56,167 bases of DNA, taken from Fonticula alba ATCC 38817 (Eukaryota > Protista > Nucleariida). The stretch lies in the NCBI GenBank assembly GCA_000388065.2, contig KB932203.1, one strand, 5' to 3'. A program made the position numbers and the translations under genes. Position 1 is the first letter of the stretch; the number at the start of each line of letters is the position of its first letter. Below, in pieces: positions 1-12,294 of the stretch. The notes below the pieces were generated by a model. The model was not told the DNA's origin, did no database searches, and was given only the letters and a program-made list of their open reading frames with translations.

Positions 1-58
1 TTAATCGGTCTCCCTCGCCTCTACCACACACACACCCCTTTTTTATTTGCAGTCCACC

Positions 59-2355
59 ATGTCCGACCTGCTCCCCATGCCGTCCATGTCTGGCGACGCC
101 ACCCCGACCACCGCTGCCCCGGCCACTCCGGCCACTTGGCGTTCGGGTGCCGCCCCGGCTGCCACCCCCGCCACCCGTGGGACTCCCATGCAGACGCCCT
201 TCACCTCCAGCGTGGCCCGCACTCCCCTGGCCGCCAATGTCCCGCGGCCCTCGCTGGCGCAGTTCTACGCCGGCAAGTACGTCATGATCACCGGTGCCAC
301 TGGCTTCCTCGGCAAGACTGTCCTCGAGATGCTGCTGCGCCAGTGCCCGGATGTGGCCGGCGCCTATCTGCTTGTCCGCCCCAAGAAGAATGTCGATCCC
401 AAGACCCGTGTTGCTGAGACCGTCAAGAGCGAGGTACGCCCGCATGCTGTGATGGCCGTATCATGGCCGCGGGGGGGGGGGCTTCACTGCCTTGATTGCT
501 GCCCTCCTCCTTTCTTTTCCTTTGGCAGAGCGGCGCCCCTCTCCGCCTGTGCCTCTCTATCACCATGTGTATTAGACCCCCCCCCCCCCGTCAGAGGTGT
601 ATATACGCCAGCCGAAGATCTAACTCAACCTCACCCCCCGGTGGCGCTCCCAGCTCTTCAACGTCCTCCGTGAGTCGAACCCCACCTTCACCGACAAGGT
701 CCACTGCGTTCAGGGCGACCTGGTCCTGCCGGGCCTCGGTCTGTCTGAGGAGGATGCGGCCATCCTGCGCGAGCGCATCAATGTCGTCATCCATTGCGCG
801 GCCACCGTCAACTTCAATGAGAAGCTCCGCCTGTCGCTGGATCTGAACGTCCTCTCCGTCCAGCAGGTATGTCCATATCGTTGCCGGCCCTGCCTTTCCC
901 TCTCCTTGTGTGTGTGTGTGTGTGTGTGTATATATACGCATGCACACGTGCATACGGGCCAACAAACCACCCTCTTGGCAGCCACAAAACACCTCCACAC
1001 TGCCCCAACCATCCCTCCCTCCTCCTGTCCTCTCTTCCTGCGCGCGCTTACACACACTCCACCCGCTCTCCCTCCCTCTCTCTCTCTGTCTCTGTCTCTC
1101 TCCTGATGGTCCCCGGGGCGCGGACAAAAATCGGCAGATGCTTGCCTTTGCCCGCCAGTTCAAGCACCTCTCGGCCTTTGTCCACACCTCTACCGCCTAC
1201 TCCCAGTGTGACCAGGATCACATTGAGGAGCGTTTCTATGAGCCCCCTGTCTCGCCCAATGCCCTGATCAGCCTGGTCCGGTCCCTGCCGGCCACCGCCC
1301 CCGACACTCTGGAGGGCAACCTGGCCACCGCCCTCAATGGCCGTCGGCCCAACACCTACACCTTCACCAAGGCCCTGGCCGAGGCGGTCATTCGCACCGA
1401 GGGCGCCGACATGCCGGTTGCCGTCATGCGGCCGTCCATCGTCGGTGCCATCCACCGTGGCCCGATCCCCGGCTGGCAGGACAATGTCAATGGCCCTGGC
1501 GGCATGTACCTCACCGCTACCATGGGTATCCTGCGTGTGATGCAGGGCCACAATGATGCCATCTCCGACATCATCCCCGTGGACCACTGCGCTTCCATGC
1601 TGCTGAGCATTGGTTGGCTGATTGGCACTGGCCCGGCCCGGCCTCCCACCGAGGACCCCCCGGTCTTCAACTGCACCTCCGGCGCCAAGAACCCCATCAC
1701 CTGGTCCCAGCAGATTGACTACGCCAAGCGCGCCAACAGCGCCAACGTCCACCGCGCCAAGATCGTCCCCATCATCCCCGGTGAGTTCACCTTCGTCGAG
1801 TCCAAGGCCGTCTACGAGTTCTGGCGCTTCCTCCTGCACACCATCCCCGCCAAGGCCGCCGATACTGTTCTCCGCCTGCAGGGCAAGAAGCCCGCCATGG
1901 CCCGGCTCTACCGTCGCCTGGATAGCAGCATCGGTGCCTACACTCCCTTCACCACCCACGCGTGGACCTGGGACGCCGGCAATGTCGCCGCCCTGGCGGC
2001 TGCCATGTCCCCGGAGGATCGCGAGAACTTCAACTTCGATGCCGCCACCATCGACTGGCCCACCTACATCTTCAACTACTACCTCGGCACCGAGCGCTTC
2101 ATCCCTGCCTCCCTGCCTGGGAACCCCGCTCGCAACCGCGTGCTCAGCTGGCTGCTGGTGGCCTCTTTCTACACGGTGCAGTTCTTCGCCGCGGTCTTCC
2201 TCTTCTACTATGTCTTTGGGGAGCGCATTCAGAACCAGCTCTTCGGCGAGGATAGCATCCTTTCGCCGCTCGAGCAGCCGGCCATCATCGAGCTTGAGGA
2301 CGACTTTGCCGGGGGCATGGCCGCCGGTGGCTCTCCTATTGCCGGTGACCTGTAA
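59..2355 (+). CDS. FAR: Fatty acyl-CoA reductase (FAR/male-sterility family), exons 59-433, 654-866, 1138-2355, about 601 aa
   Basis: Spliced ORF has the Rossmann motif ITGATGFLGK, GDL..GLGLS, VIHCAATVNF, VHTSTAY, catalytic YxxxK (NTYTFTKALAE) and RPSIV. A C-terminal sterile domain is followed by a hydrophobic segment. Two GT..AG introns keep the frame. Confidence 0.92.
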
Positions 2356-2364
2356 GGTAGCCAC

Positions 2365-2367
<3 letters not shown>

Positions 2368-2421
<54 letters not shown>
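2368..2421. repeat. (AG)n microsatellite, about 27 units, just after the FAR stop codon
   Basis: Read directly from the sequence. Confidence 0.95.
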
Positions 2422-2422
<1 letters not shown>

Positions 2423-3990
2423 CTCACACAGCGCGCAGAGAAGAAGGACGGGCGCGCGCACGCGCGCGCCCCCCTGTGCTTCGCTTAGATATTCCGCACA
2501 TGTTGGCCCCCGCTCTTCCTCCTCCTCCTCTCCTCTCTTCCCCCTCGGCGCTCTCACCGCACCCTGCCCCGGTGCGCGATGTCGTAAATACGAAAGACGA
2601 CTTCAAAAGTCCCCCTCGCGCGCGCCGAGAGACGAGCGCCCACACACAAGAGAAAGAGACCGAGAGAGTGACCCTCCTCGCTGGCCCCCTGTCTCCATAT
2701 AGTGCGCGGCCTAGGGGGGCATGTGCTGTACAAGAAGCCCCCCCCTTCCCCCCCCTTCTCGNNNNNNNNNNNNNNNNNNNNNNNNNNNNNNNNNNNNNNN
2801 NNNNNNNNNNNNNNNNNNNNNNNNNNNNNNNNNNNNNNNNNNNNNNNNNNNNNNNNNNNNNNNNNNNNNNNNNNNNNNNNNNNNNNNNNNNNNNNNNNNN
2901 NNNNNNNNNNNNNNNNNNNNNNNNNNNNNNNNNNNNNNNNNNNNNNNNNNNNNNNNNNNNNNNNNNNNNNNNNNNNNNNNNNNNNNNNNNNNNNNNNNNN
3001 NNNNNNNNNNNNNNNNNNNNNNNNNNCCCCCCCCCCCAACAAGCAGAATAGTCAAATAATACATGAAAGTAGTTCACTGTTCTTGGGAGTTTTTTCGCCT
3101 CTTTGCCCTGTGGTGGTGGTAGCGCCGTCGCGCGGAACAGCCTGTGCCGCACTTTTCTTTCCCCTCCCTCTGACATGCTTTGTCTCTTCCACTGTAAGAA
3201 GGGAGAGTAGCCAGGTCGCGGCTTTTTTTTCTCCTCCCTCTCCGCCCCCTTGCCTGCGCGAGCGACCGCGCGCCGGCCTTTCCCCTCCCCTCAAGCTTTC
3301 CACGATTAGTCCTCCCGACTCCGGTGCAGCCATGTATCCCTGCTTTGAAAGCTGCCCAGCACGGATCGGGGTCCCCGGGCCCTGCTCCAGCCGAGGCCAC
3401 CACCCTCTCGGAGCATGAGACGCACCGACGGCGGATCCGGGAAATGCGAGAGGGCCTATTGGAAAAGCTGCCTCCTGCTTAATTGGTTTTCACTTAACTC
3501 ACACAGGGGCGAGATGCCGTCGATGTCCCTTGCCAGCGGACCTGCCTCGCTCATTTAGCCCTCCTTCTGCGTCGAATGGTCATCGACTCCCGCCACCCTC
3601 CGCAGGGGAGACGCAGAGGGTGAGAAAGAGCAGCATCCTGCTCCATGGCTCGGGCTTGCTGAGACACAGCATTCCCCCCCCCCCCCCCCTCCTCCCATCC
3701 CTCTCCTCTCTTCCCCCTGTGTCCCCTCTCATCGTTTTGCCCAACCTGCCCCGTCTACCGGTGTTTCACCATGCGACCGATCTGGTTGACAGATGCCTTG
3801 GCCCCAGCAACTTCGGCCCTGCCTCCGGGTCTTGAGGCTGAGGTACTCCTTTCGAGCATGGTCGCCAATAGCCGGCCAGCCTCCCCCCAACTTGGCCCTG
3901 TGCCCGTGTCCATCACTAACAGCCATGGCATGTGTTTGCCTACACTGACAGGACTTCTGTGATTACATCTGGGATAGTGCCCAATCGGCG

Positions 3991-6449
3991 GTGGCAGCCG
4001 CATCCCCAGGAGCCGATCTCGCTGCCTGTGCCCGTGAAGCCATTGTTCAGGCCATGGAAACGCTAAGCCTCGATTTGGTGCGCCCCCCTCCGCCCTCCTC
4101 TCTCCTCCTTACTCGGCATATGGCTGATCTACACACGCGCACACAACCCACAAACACAATCCCCACCACGGGCATCAGAGCGTTCCTCCTTGCGCGCCGC
4201 CAATCGACGCATGAAAATAACACCCACGCCTTCTCCCCGCAGGCCTTGGCCGAGACCGTGAGCCATGACATTGTTTCCCGGCACTTTGGACCGCCAGAGA
4301 AGAGCCACCCCACGAACCGACCCCCCAGCCGACCACTTGCCACCGGGCCTGTGGAGGACTTTGTAGTTGTTCATCAAAAGAACCCGAGGCAGCAGAAGAC
4401 CTCCCGGCATCACAAGGGCATCTCGACTGCTGCCAATGGGGCCGTCGACTCTCCGCCCTCCAGCCGGCGGACCAACAAGCGTCAACAGCGCTTCGAGGTA
4501 TTCGACGTGGGAAATACCCAGAGCACGCATGGTGCCATCTCCCTGGAACAGGCATCCCACTCGACCGATAGTATGTCCGCCTCGGGCACCCTGCTCTTTT
4601 CCCCGTTCCCCCTGGGACTTCGCCGACTCCTGACACCCATCTCCCAACCATGTCGCCACCTGGGCATGCGCCATCAAGGCATCTGTCGCTTCTACATGTC
4701 CCCCACAGGCTGCGCGCGCGGGCATCATTGCTTTTATCTGCACCTGCAACCAAACACCGAGAGCGTGAAGCTGGCCCTCAATATGCCGGCCGTGCCGCTG
4801 TCGAACTTCATGGATCCCGAAAGCAAGGAGATCTCATATGACTGGCTGCTAAACCTGTCAGACGATGAGTATGGTGAATTCGACGCCGGTGTTTTTGGTG
4901 GATACTTCGACCCGGACGATGAGCACGCCCCCACTGGCCACCTACATGCTGATGATGATGATGATTATGATGATGATGATGATGATTACCCTGATGATCT
5001 TGATGACTTCGACCTAGAGGGCGGTCTTCATGATGACAGGCAGGACGAACAGCGCAGCCACATTGGAAGTCACCCAACAGGCACGGCGGGGGTGGACGAT
5101 GGCGAGCTGCTGGCGGCCGGTGCCGCAAAGCTGACCATCCAACCGGAGCAGCTCCAGTGTCGGGAGTCATTTCCTCCTCTGGCGGCTGGTGGGGCCTCGT
5201 CTGGGGCGGAGCAAGATCCGATTGATGCGCAATCCTTTGCCGCACTGATCCAACGGATTTTCGATCAGCGAACTCTGCTCCGGAACTCGGCGCAACCGAT
5301 GGAACCCGCCACCGGCCGATCGGCATATTCCTCGATCGCGGCCGACTCTCGCCACGCCCAAGCTCGCCGTGTGGCCGCAGGCTCCAGGGAGAATATGACC
5401 TCGGCCGCCGGTCAGGCCCGAGTCCCGGGCACCATCTCTGGTGGCGGCGCCCGGCGCACACGGCTCTCGGCCGATGAGCTGGTTTCGCTTATTCGTCTGC
5501 GTCGGCATGAAGATCGCATCCCTCCCCCACCGGAGGAGACTCTCCGGTGGCGCGTCACCGGAAAGCCTCTGGAGGAGCAGTACAACAAGGAACGTCGAAA
5601 GGCCTTCGACCTGTTCCAAGCCTACCGTCGTCAGTCGGCCTCCAGCTCGCCAGCCCATCGGAAGGCTGCCCAGGACCTGTTTTATGAGGCGGTACGACAG
5701 GGGCTATCCCGAAATGGGGCTGAGATTTTCGCGCAGGGAGGGCGGAAGAGGGGCCATCGCGAGCGCACCATCTCATGTGGCATCCCATCACCCGATGCCC
5801 GGGCATTATGATCCATTGACACCTGGGTGTCTGCCTGCTTCCTCTGTCTCTCCCTCTCTCTCTCTCGCCTCAGTCTGTGGCCCACTGGAATGCGGCAGCC
5901 TCGTTGTTCGAGCAGCGCAACAGGGACCTGATGAACACCGAAATCCGGGTCGGCAGCTCGCCGGTGGTGGATCTGCATGGGCTCCACACAAACGAGGGTA
6001 CGAGGCTTGAGCATCATCATTTCCGAGGAGGAGGGGCGGGGGGGGGGGGGGTCGCGTCCTTTTTTTTCCAACCATCCCATCACCCTGGATCGTGCTGTCT
6101 GTTGTGTCTAACATCCTCTGGCGGGGGTGCGGGGACATTGGCTGGTCGGCACTTTTGGACACTTCCCCCCTCAGTCATTTTCTATCTGGACACCCTCATT
6201 GGACGCCTGCAACGGCTGGCCAACCGCTCGGGTAAGCCGCACTATATGCACGTCATCACCGGGACCGGGAACCATTCGCGCAATGCGGTGGAGGAGGCCC
6301 ATCGGCGCATGGGCAAGGTCCAGTTGGCCACGATGGAGTACCTCCACCAGAGAGGCCGCTATTTCAAGGATAACAGTGTCGACCAGCGGATCGGCCTGCT
6401 TTCGATCGAGGTTGAGCCGCGCGGGAAAGGCGAGGCCAAATCCCTGTGA
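3991..6449 (+). CDS. CCCH zinc finger + DUF1771-like + Smr domain protein (putative RNA endonuclease). Start codon uncertain. Introns at about 4078-4242, 5692-5873 and 5998-6174
   Basis: C-x8-C-x5-C-x3-H finger (CRFYMSPTGCARGHHCFYLH), Asp-rich tract, helical region ...KAAQDLFYEA|SVAHWNAAASLFEQRN, Smr motifs VDLHGLHTNE and VITGTGNHS. The last two introns join in matching phases. Confidence 0.75.
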
Positions 6450-6483
6450 GACCCCCCCCCCAGCCCGCCGAGGGCATCCTGTG

Positions 6484-6489
6484 AATAAA
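6484..6489 (+). promoter_or_regulatory. Candidate polyadenylation signal AATAAA downstream of the Smr gene
   Basis: AATAAA about 35 nt after the stop at 6449. Use of this signal in this organism is not established. Confidence 0.3.
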
Positions 6490-6797
6490 ATCACGCCATA
6501 TTTCACGGGACCACCGCGGGACACATCACGGACCATGATGTTCCACCGGACAGCAACTCCCAGCTGAAGGCGTCGATCGCTTAGTCACCCTTGAGCATGG
6601 GTGGATATAAATGATTATATAAAAAGGGGATTTCTTCTTACTATCTGGCGTGTGGGTAGCTCTCGGAGGGGCGGCGGGAAACACACAAGCAGGTGTTGTT
6701 GACAAGCCCGGCGCCCGCACGTCAATGCCGCTTGTCTGGGGGCAACCACGTCCAGGGGGGGAGGGGGCGGGGCGAGCCCCGGTGAGGAAGCTTGCAA

Positions 6798-6830
<33 letters not shown>

Positions 6831-7795
6831 AAAATGCGGGCGGGGTCCGCACCCCCAAGCACCTCACGCCCAGCCCTCATTTAGGGTTACATCTTGGGCC
6901 CACGCACGAGACCTGCCCCGCACCCGGAAAGGAGCATCCCACACGGCCTTCCCCCTCCTTGCCGATATACTTGGCTCAGCGGGGGGGGGGGGGGGGGAGC
7001 GGGCGTGACGCAAGAAAACCACCCGAGGGGAGTGCCCAGTCTGGTGGCCCCTGGGGCCTGTTCGGTGGGGCACGAACATCCGTCCGGCTGGAAAGTGGGA
7101 AGGGCGGGGGGGATGGAGGGGCAAGGCTGGGCGCAGCGGTCGAGACAGCATGGAGGCTGGTGGTGTGTGTGTGTGTGTGTGTGTGTGCGTGTCGACGCAG
7201 GTCCATGGACATGGCTGCCGCGAGGAAGCCGAGGAGGGCAGAGGAGTGAGATTGCCAGCCACAGGACAGATGATATTGGTGTCCGCGTCTGGCAGGAAGC
7301 AGCAGGAGCCGGGCAAGGGGGGCGGGGGCAAGTGTGCTTTTCTGTGTGCTTCTCTCCCGGCGTGTGTCGCCCTCGCGCGCTGTGGCGTAGGTGTTCCGGG
7401 CTGAGTCCTCCGACCGACGGAGCGAGGAGATGCTCCTGGATCCTTCACCCGCGAGGGTTGGCAGTTTTGTGTCTATTTCGGTTGCGCTCCGCCCGAAGCA
7501 CCTTTAGGTCTTGGGGCATTGTGTAAGTGCTTGCTGGGCGGCAGGCAGGGCTCGGCGGGGTCCGCGAGCCCCGGGGCAGCGATGTCGCCGTGCTTCCCCT
7601 TTTGCGTTCGGCAGTCGCAGGTCTTCTCATCCTCCCCTCCCCGCAATATCAGGACCGGGGGCCAAGGTTGTGTAGGCTGGGGAGCGAAGGGTAACTGTGT
7701 GGGGGTGGGTGTTTCGCGTACGTCCNNNNNNNNNNNNNNNNNNNNGCACATCGCTGAGCAGGATGCCGGCGGCGGAGGTCCAGGCCGGGGCGCAC

Positions 7796-8071
7796 CTTGA
7801 CCGTGCCGTCGCTGGAGCATGAGGCCAGGGCCACGCCGTCGCGCGTCGAGCAGAGGTCCCACACACGCGAAGTGTGGCCGGTTAGCTGGGCAATGGGTCG
7901 GAGGGTGTCCGTGTGCCAAAGGCCGATGGTCCCGTCGGAGGAGCCGGTGGCCACCGAGGTGCCGAGCTCGCCGACAAACTTGCAAGTCTTCAGGCTGGCC
8001 GAGGCCCGGGTTGAAGTGGTGCGGATGGAGTTCGGGATGGGCCGCAGAGGGGGGTCATCGAGGAGGCTGTG
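7796..8071 (-). CDS. Internal exon of a WD40-repeat protein (partial; other exons not identified, N-gap at 7726-7745)
   Basis: Translation VATGSSDGTIGLWHTDTLRPIAQLTGHTSRVWDLCSTRDGVALASCSSDGTVK gives about two WD40 repeats. Flanked by an AG acceptor and a GTGCGC donor. Confidence 0.7.
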
Positions 8072-9152
8072 CTTGAAGAGGGGGGGGGGGGGGGGGGGGG
8101 GGAGCCGGGGGGGGGGGCGGGGGCGGGGATGGGAGGGGGATACACCCTTCCCCGTGGGGAGGAGGGGGACCGGGCCGGGCCGGGCCGGGGGGGGGGACCG
8201 TGGAGCCCGCGAGAGGCGTGTGTGGTGCGGCAAAGGGGCGGGGGGAATAACGTCGTGGTGTGGGGGCGGTATCCCCCCGGTCCTGGCACTGTGTCTGGTT
8301 GTGGTCCTGGGGAGAACGGGGGCGGGGGAACATCCCCGGCCTCTGTCGTCCTCTGCTGCGAGACATCGGGAAGGGGGTGGTGGGGGGTGGGGCGGAGGGG
8401 GGGGGGGCCGGGGGGAGTGCAGGTGTGGATGTTATATTTTGGACCGGTGTGGCACGGTCTGGCCATCAGATTTAGACCTCTCTCCGTGACTCGTTTGCTT
8501 TTTTGGTTTAAACAAGGTTCGGCCTTTCGCCCCCTTCCCCCCTCCCCCTCCCCTGCTCCTCTCCTCTCCCGGCTTCGGTTCTCTCCCCCCCCCACTCTCG
8601 CATGGGGCGACACGGCACTCCGTGCGATTTCGACGCGCTTGTGTGTGTATCTGTGCCGCGTGTGTCTTCTCCTCTCCCCTCGATGTGCGCGCGCCGGCTC
8701 GCCACGCTGGTCTGTGACGGGTCAGCGCTCGTGCTTCGCTTTGGAACCACTCCGCCACTACCACCATCGCCGGCACGCGCACCGCCATTGTCGCCGCCGC
8801 CGCCGCCGCCCCCCCTCCGCGTCGCGCGCGTGCACCAAGTCAGCGCATTCTGAGTTGTGACGGCGTGTGTCGGATTCCACTTTGCGAAGTAACATCCGAC
8901 GCTCGATCGGCCAGCCCACTTGCGTCTGGCCCATCCCCCCCCGCGCGTGCGCGCGCATGCGTGTCATGCTCGAGAGGACGCGCCCTCCTGCCGTGGACCC
9001 TCCTCTCCTGTCACATCATCTCCGCTTGTTGCTCTTTATCTATCGTGTGTATGTCTCTCCAAGTTTCGCTCCCCCCTCCTCTAACGCGATCGTCCACGCT
9101 TGTCCTCTCTCTCTCTCTCTCCTCCCCATCAGTCTGAAGAAGGGTAGTAAAA

Positions 9153-10042
9153 ATGGCTCGCCGTCCCGCCCGCTGCTACCGCTACTGCAAGAACAAGCCT
9201 TACCCCAAGTCTCGCTACAACCGTGGTGTCCCCGACCCCAAGATCCGCATTTTCGATCTTGGCCGTAAGCGCGCCCACGTCGATGACTTCCCCCTTTGCA
9301 TCCACATGATCTCTGGTGAGTACCAGCAGCTCTCTTCCGAGGCTATTGAGGCTGCCCGTGTTTGCGCCAACAAGTACCTCTCCAAGACCGGTGGTCGTGA
9401 CTCTTTCCACATGCGTATTCGCATCCACCCCTTCCACGTCATCCGCATCAACAAGATGCTTTCCTGCGCCGGTGCTGATCGGTGCGTGTGACGCCATGCC
9501 ACCCTATTGCTTCTCTCTCTCTCTCTCTCTCGCGAGCGCCGCGTCTCCTTCCACCTTTTTCTCGTGTGCCCATGCGTGTGTCGCGTGCTCCTGCGCCTGT
9601 CCGTTGTTGCTGACTCCCCTCCCCCGGCGCGCGCCCCCCCTTCCTGGTGCATTTTCGTTTCTCGAATCTCTCCTCCCCCTCCCGTCTCGGATGAAAAAAC
9701 ACCCTCGCACAACACAGTCTTCAGACCGGTATGCGTGGTGCCTACGGTAAGCCCGCCGGTACCGTTGCCCGTGTCAACATCGGCCAGATCCTCCTGTCCG
9801 TCCGTTGCCGTGACAACAACCGTGCCAACGCCATCGAGGCCCTCCGCCGCGCCAAGTACAAGTTCCCTGGCCGCAAGACCATCGTCGTTTCTAACAAGTG
9901 GGGCTTCACCAACCTCACCCGTGACGAGTACCTCGAGAAGCGCGCCAACAACCAGGCCATCCCTGACGGCTGCTACGTCAAGTACATCAACAACCGCGGT
10001 ACCCTCGAGAAGTACTTCGACACCGTCCAGACCCACTTCTAA
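9153..10042 (+). CDS. RPL10: 60S ribosomal protein L10 (uL16/QM), exons 9153-9481 and 9718-10042, 217 aa
   Basis: [22 protein letters not shown]...[10 protein letters not shown]|[12 protein letters not shown]. The intron phase restores the conserved [12 protein letters not shown]. Confidence 0.98.
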
Positions 10043-12218
10043 GCAGTTGTGGAGCCCTGGTCGGCCGGTGTGCTCGATTGAGGGCGTGCGCATAGGGACC
10101 CCCCCCGTTCCGCCGCCTCTCCCCTTTGTCTCGCTGCCCTGGCAGACCGGGGGGGGGCTGGCCACCCGTGCGGGTGTGTCCATGTGTTGTACTCCTGTGC
10201 TTGTGTCCTCTCTCTCCCTCTCTCGTTCCCCCGGCGTGCGCGTGTGTGCCTGTCCCCCGTGTTGTGCACCGAGGCGGCCGCTGTTGCTCTGCTCTCCTCC
10301 CCCCTCCCGTGTAGTTGCCGCAGTTGTTGCCGCCTGAGAGCGCGCGAAATGATTTCCTCTCTCTCTCCTCCCTCCCTTGTTGTGTTGTGTGTGTGTGTGC
10401 ACACCTCGAGCGCGTGCTCGGCTGCCCCCGTGCTGCTCCGTGTGAACGAGGCTACACACACCCTGTGTGTGCCCCGAATTAGACGAACCACTCGCCTTTT
10501 ACACTCCTTTTCTTCCTCTCCTTCTTCTCTCCGCGGGTGTCCGTGGGTTATTCCTTGTGGGCCAAAAAGGGCGGAGGAGGCCCGGGCATGTATTTTTTGT
10601 CCTCCAAGAGACGGGGCCGAAAGGGGGTTCCCCAGTTCTGGGGACTCCCCTCTGGCCGGCGCGGAGGACGGACCTGCGCAAGGGGTGTGTCGCCCCCTAC
10701 GGACTCCTCTCTCTCTCTCCCGGGCGGGGGGAGTGCAGGCACACCTTCCTCTCATGCCTAGGGGGGGGGCTCCTATTGTTCCTTGAGGTTGGGGCATCAG
10801 GGAATGTTTATTTGCCCGCGCACGTTGCGGGGGATGCAGGGGGAACGACGACTGTCCGTGCCCCGGGCCCTGTCGGAGCCGGCTTTCCGGGGCTTCCTGT
10901 GCTTGCCCCCTTGTGGCGGTATGCGTCTCGGTTCTCACCCGGAGGCCGGATTGAGAACCGGCCCAGGTACCGAAGATTGGCCCAGGGTCTTCGGGATTTC
11001 TCCCACTCGGCCGAATTGGCGGCGGGATTTTTCTACCGGCCGGCTGGCAACACATTCGCGGCTAAAAAGTCCACTGACGGTAGCCATTTCGCGGCAGCGC
11101 CTCGCCGAGGGGAAAACACCACTGCCCGAAACTCGTTACCACAGGAGACTCGGATGGATATGGTCGCACAGAAAAGCCGGCTGGCGGAATCCGGGCCGGG
11201 GCGACATGCCAGAACTCCAGAGGGTGGTATTGGGTATAGGGCAGGGAGTATGCCGCAGCTTGGCTGGCCATTCCTGGTTCGCTACTGCCCGGGGCGCGCA
11301 CCCTCCGGTGCACCAGTACTGGCATCTGGACAGCCGGCCGGCGCGGGAACACCAGTCCGAGAAAGAGTGGTCACATGGCGGGCTTCGGAGCCGCTCGGGG
11401 CTCGAGGACACACGGCCTGGAGAAGGTATTCCTGTAACTGATGTCTCCCCTCTCTCGGGCCAGTGTCGGCACAAGTTTAGCCATCCACATTAGCCGCAAT
11501 GGTAGCTTAATTGATCCACTCATTGAGTTGGCCACAGTGAATCGTTTGTACGATCGTGTTCCTACCGCCGGCCGACCGTGACAGACTCTTCCCCGTTGCC
11601 CCGTTCTGTTCGCGGCAGAGGCATCAGCCGCGGCTGCCACTGGCGACGAGGCTTGGGTCGAGAGTGGGTCGAGCAAGATCTTCCGCAGCGAGCGGGCAGG
11701 CAGGCGGACGGTCCCCCTGTTTGGTGGATCTCCCCCGTGGACCTCTGCTTGGCCGGTTGTTGAGGGACCTCCAGGGACATGCCATGTTTGTGTCCCCGTT
11801 CCTTTGGGCTCCCCTGTGCGTATGTGTGTGTGCGCGCGAGGGGAGCTCGAAGAGCGTGGTATTTGATCGCAAGGGCCGAGGGGGGGGGGATTGCATTTTC
11901 TGAATTGTGTATTTGGTTGGAGATACCTCTCTCCCGTGGGAGGGAGTGGAGTGGTGTTATGGGGGGCGAGGGGGAGGGGAGAGAGGGAGAGAGGCAGAAG
12001 AGACCACCGGGAGGAGGGTGCACTCGGGACAAAGAGCAGGCCATTCGATGGGCAGGCCGGTGTCTCTGGCCCAGTGCGTCGGCGGCCGTGGCACACAGCG
12101 CAAGTGACATGCATGGCATTCACACACACACACACGCGCCATGAGATGGGGGCATCTGTTTCGTTCTGTGAGGAGGCCGCAACACTGGCGGGGGGGGGGG
12201 GGGGGGGGNNNNNNNNNN

Positions 12219-12260
<42 letters not shown>

Positions 12261-12294
12261 CGCAGAGGACCGTCCGCCGGTGCTAGCCCATCAT

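Noticed and set aside
9482-9717. Possible intronic snoRNA in RPL10
   Set aside because: I could not find convincing C/D or H/ACA boxes with terminal stems by eye.
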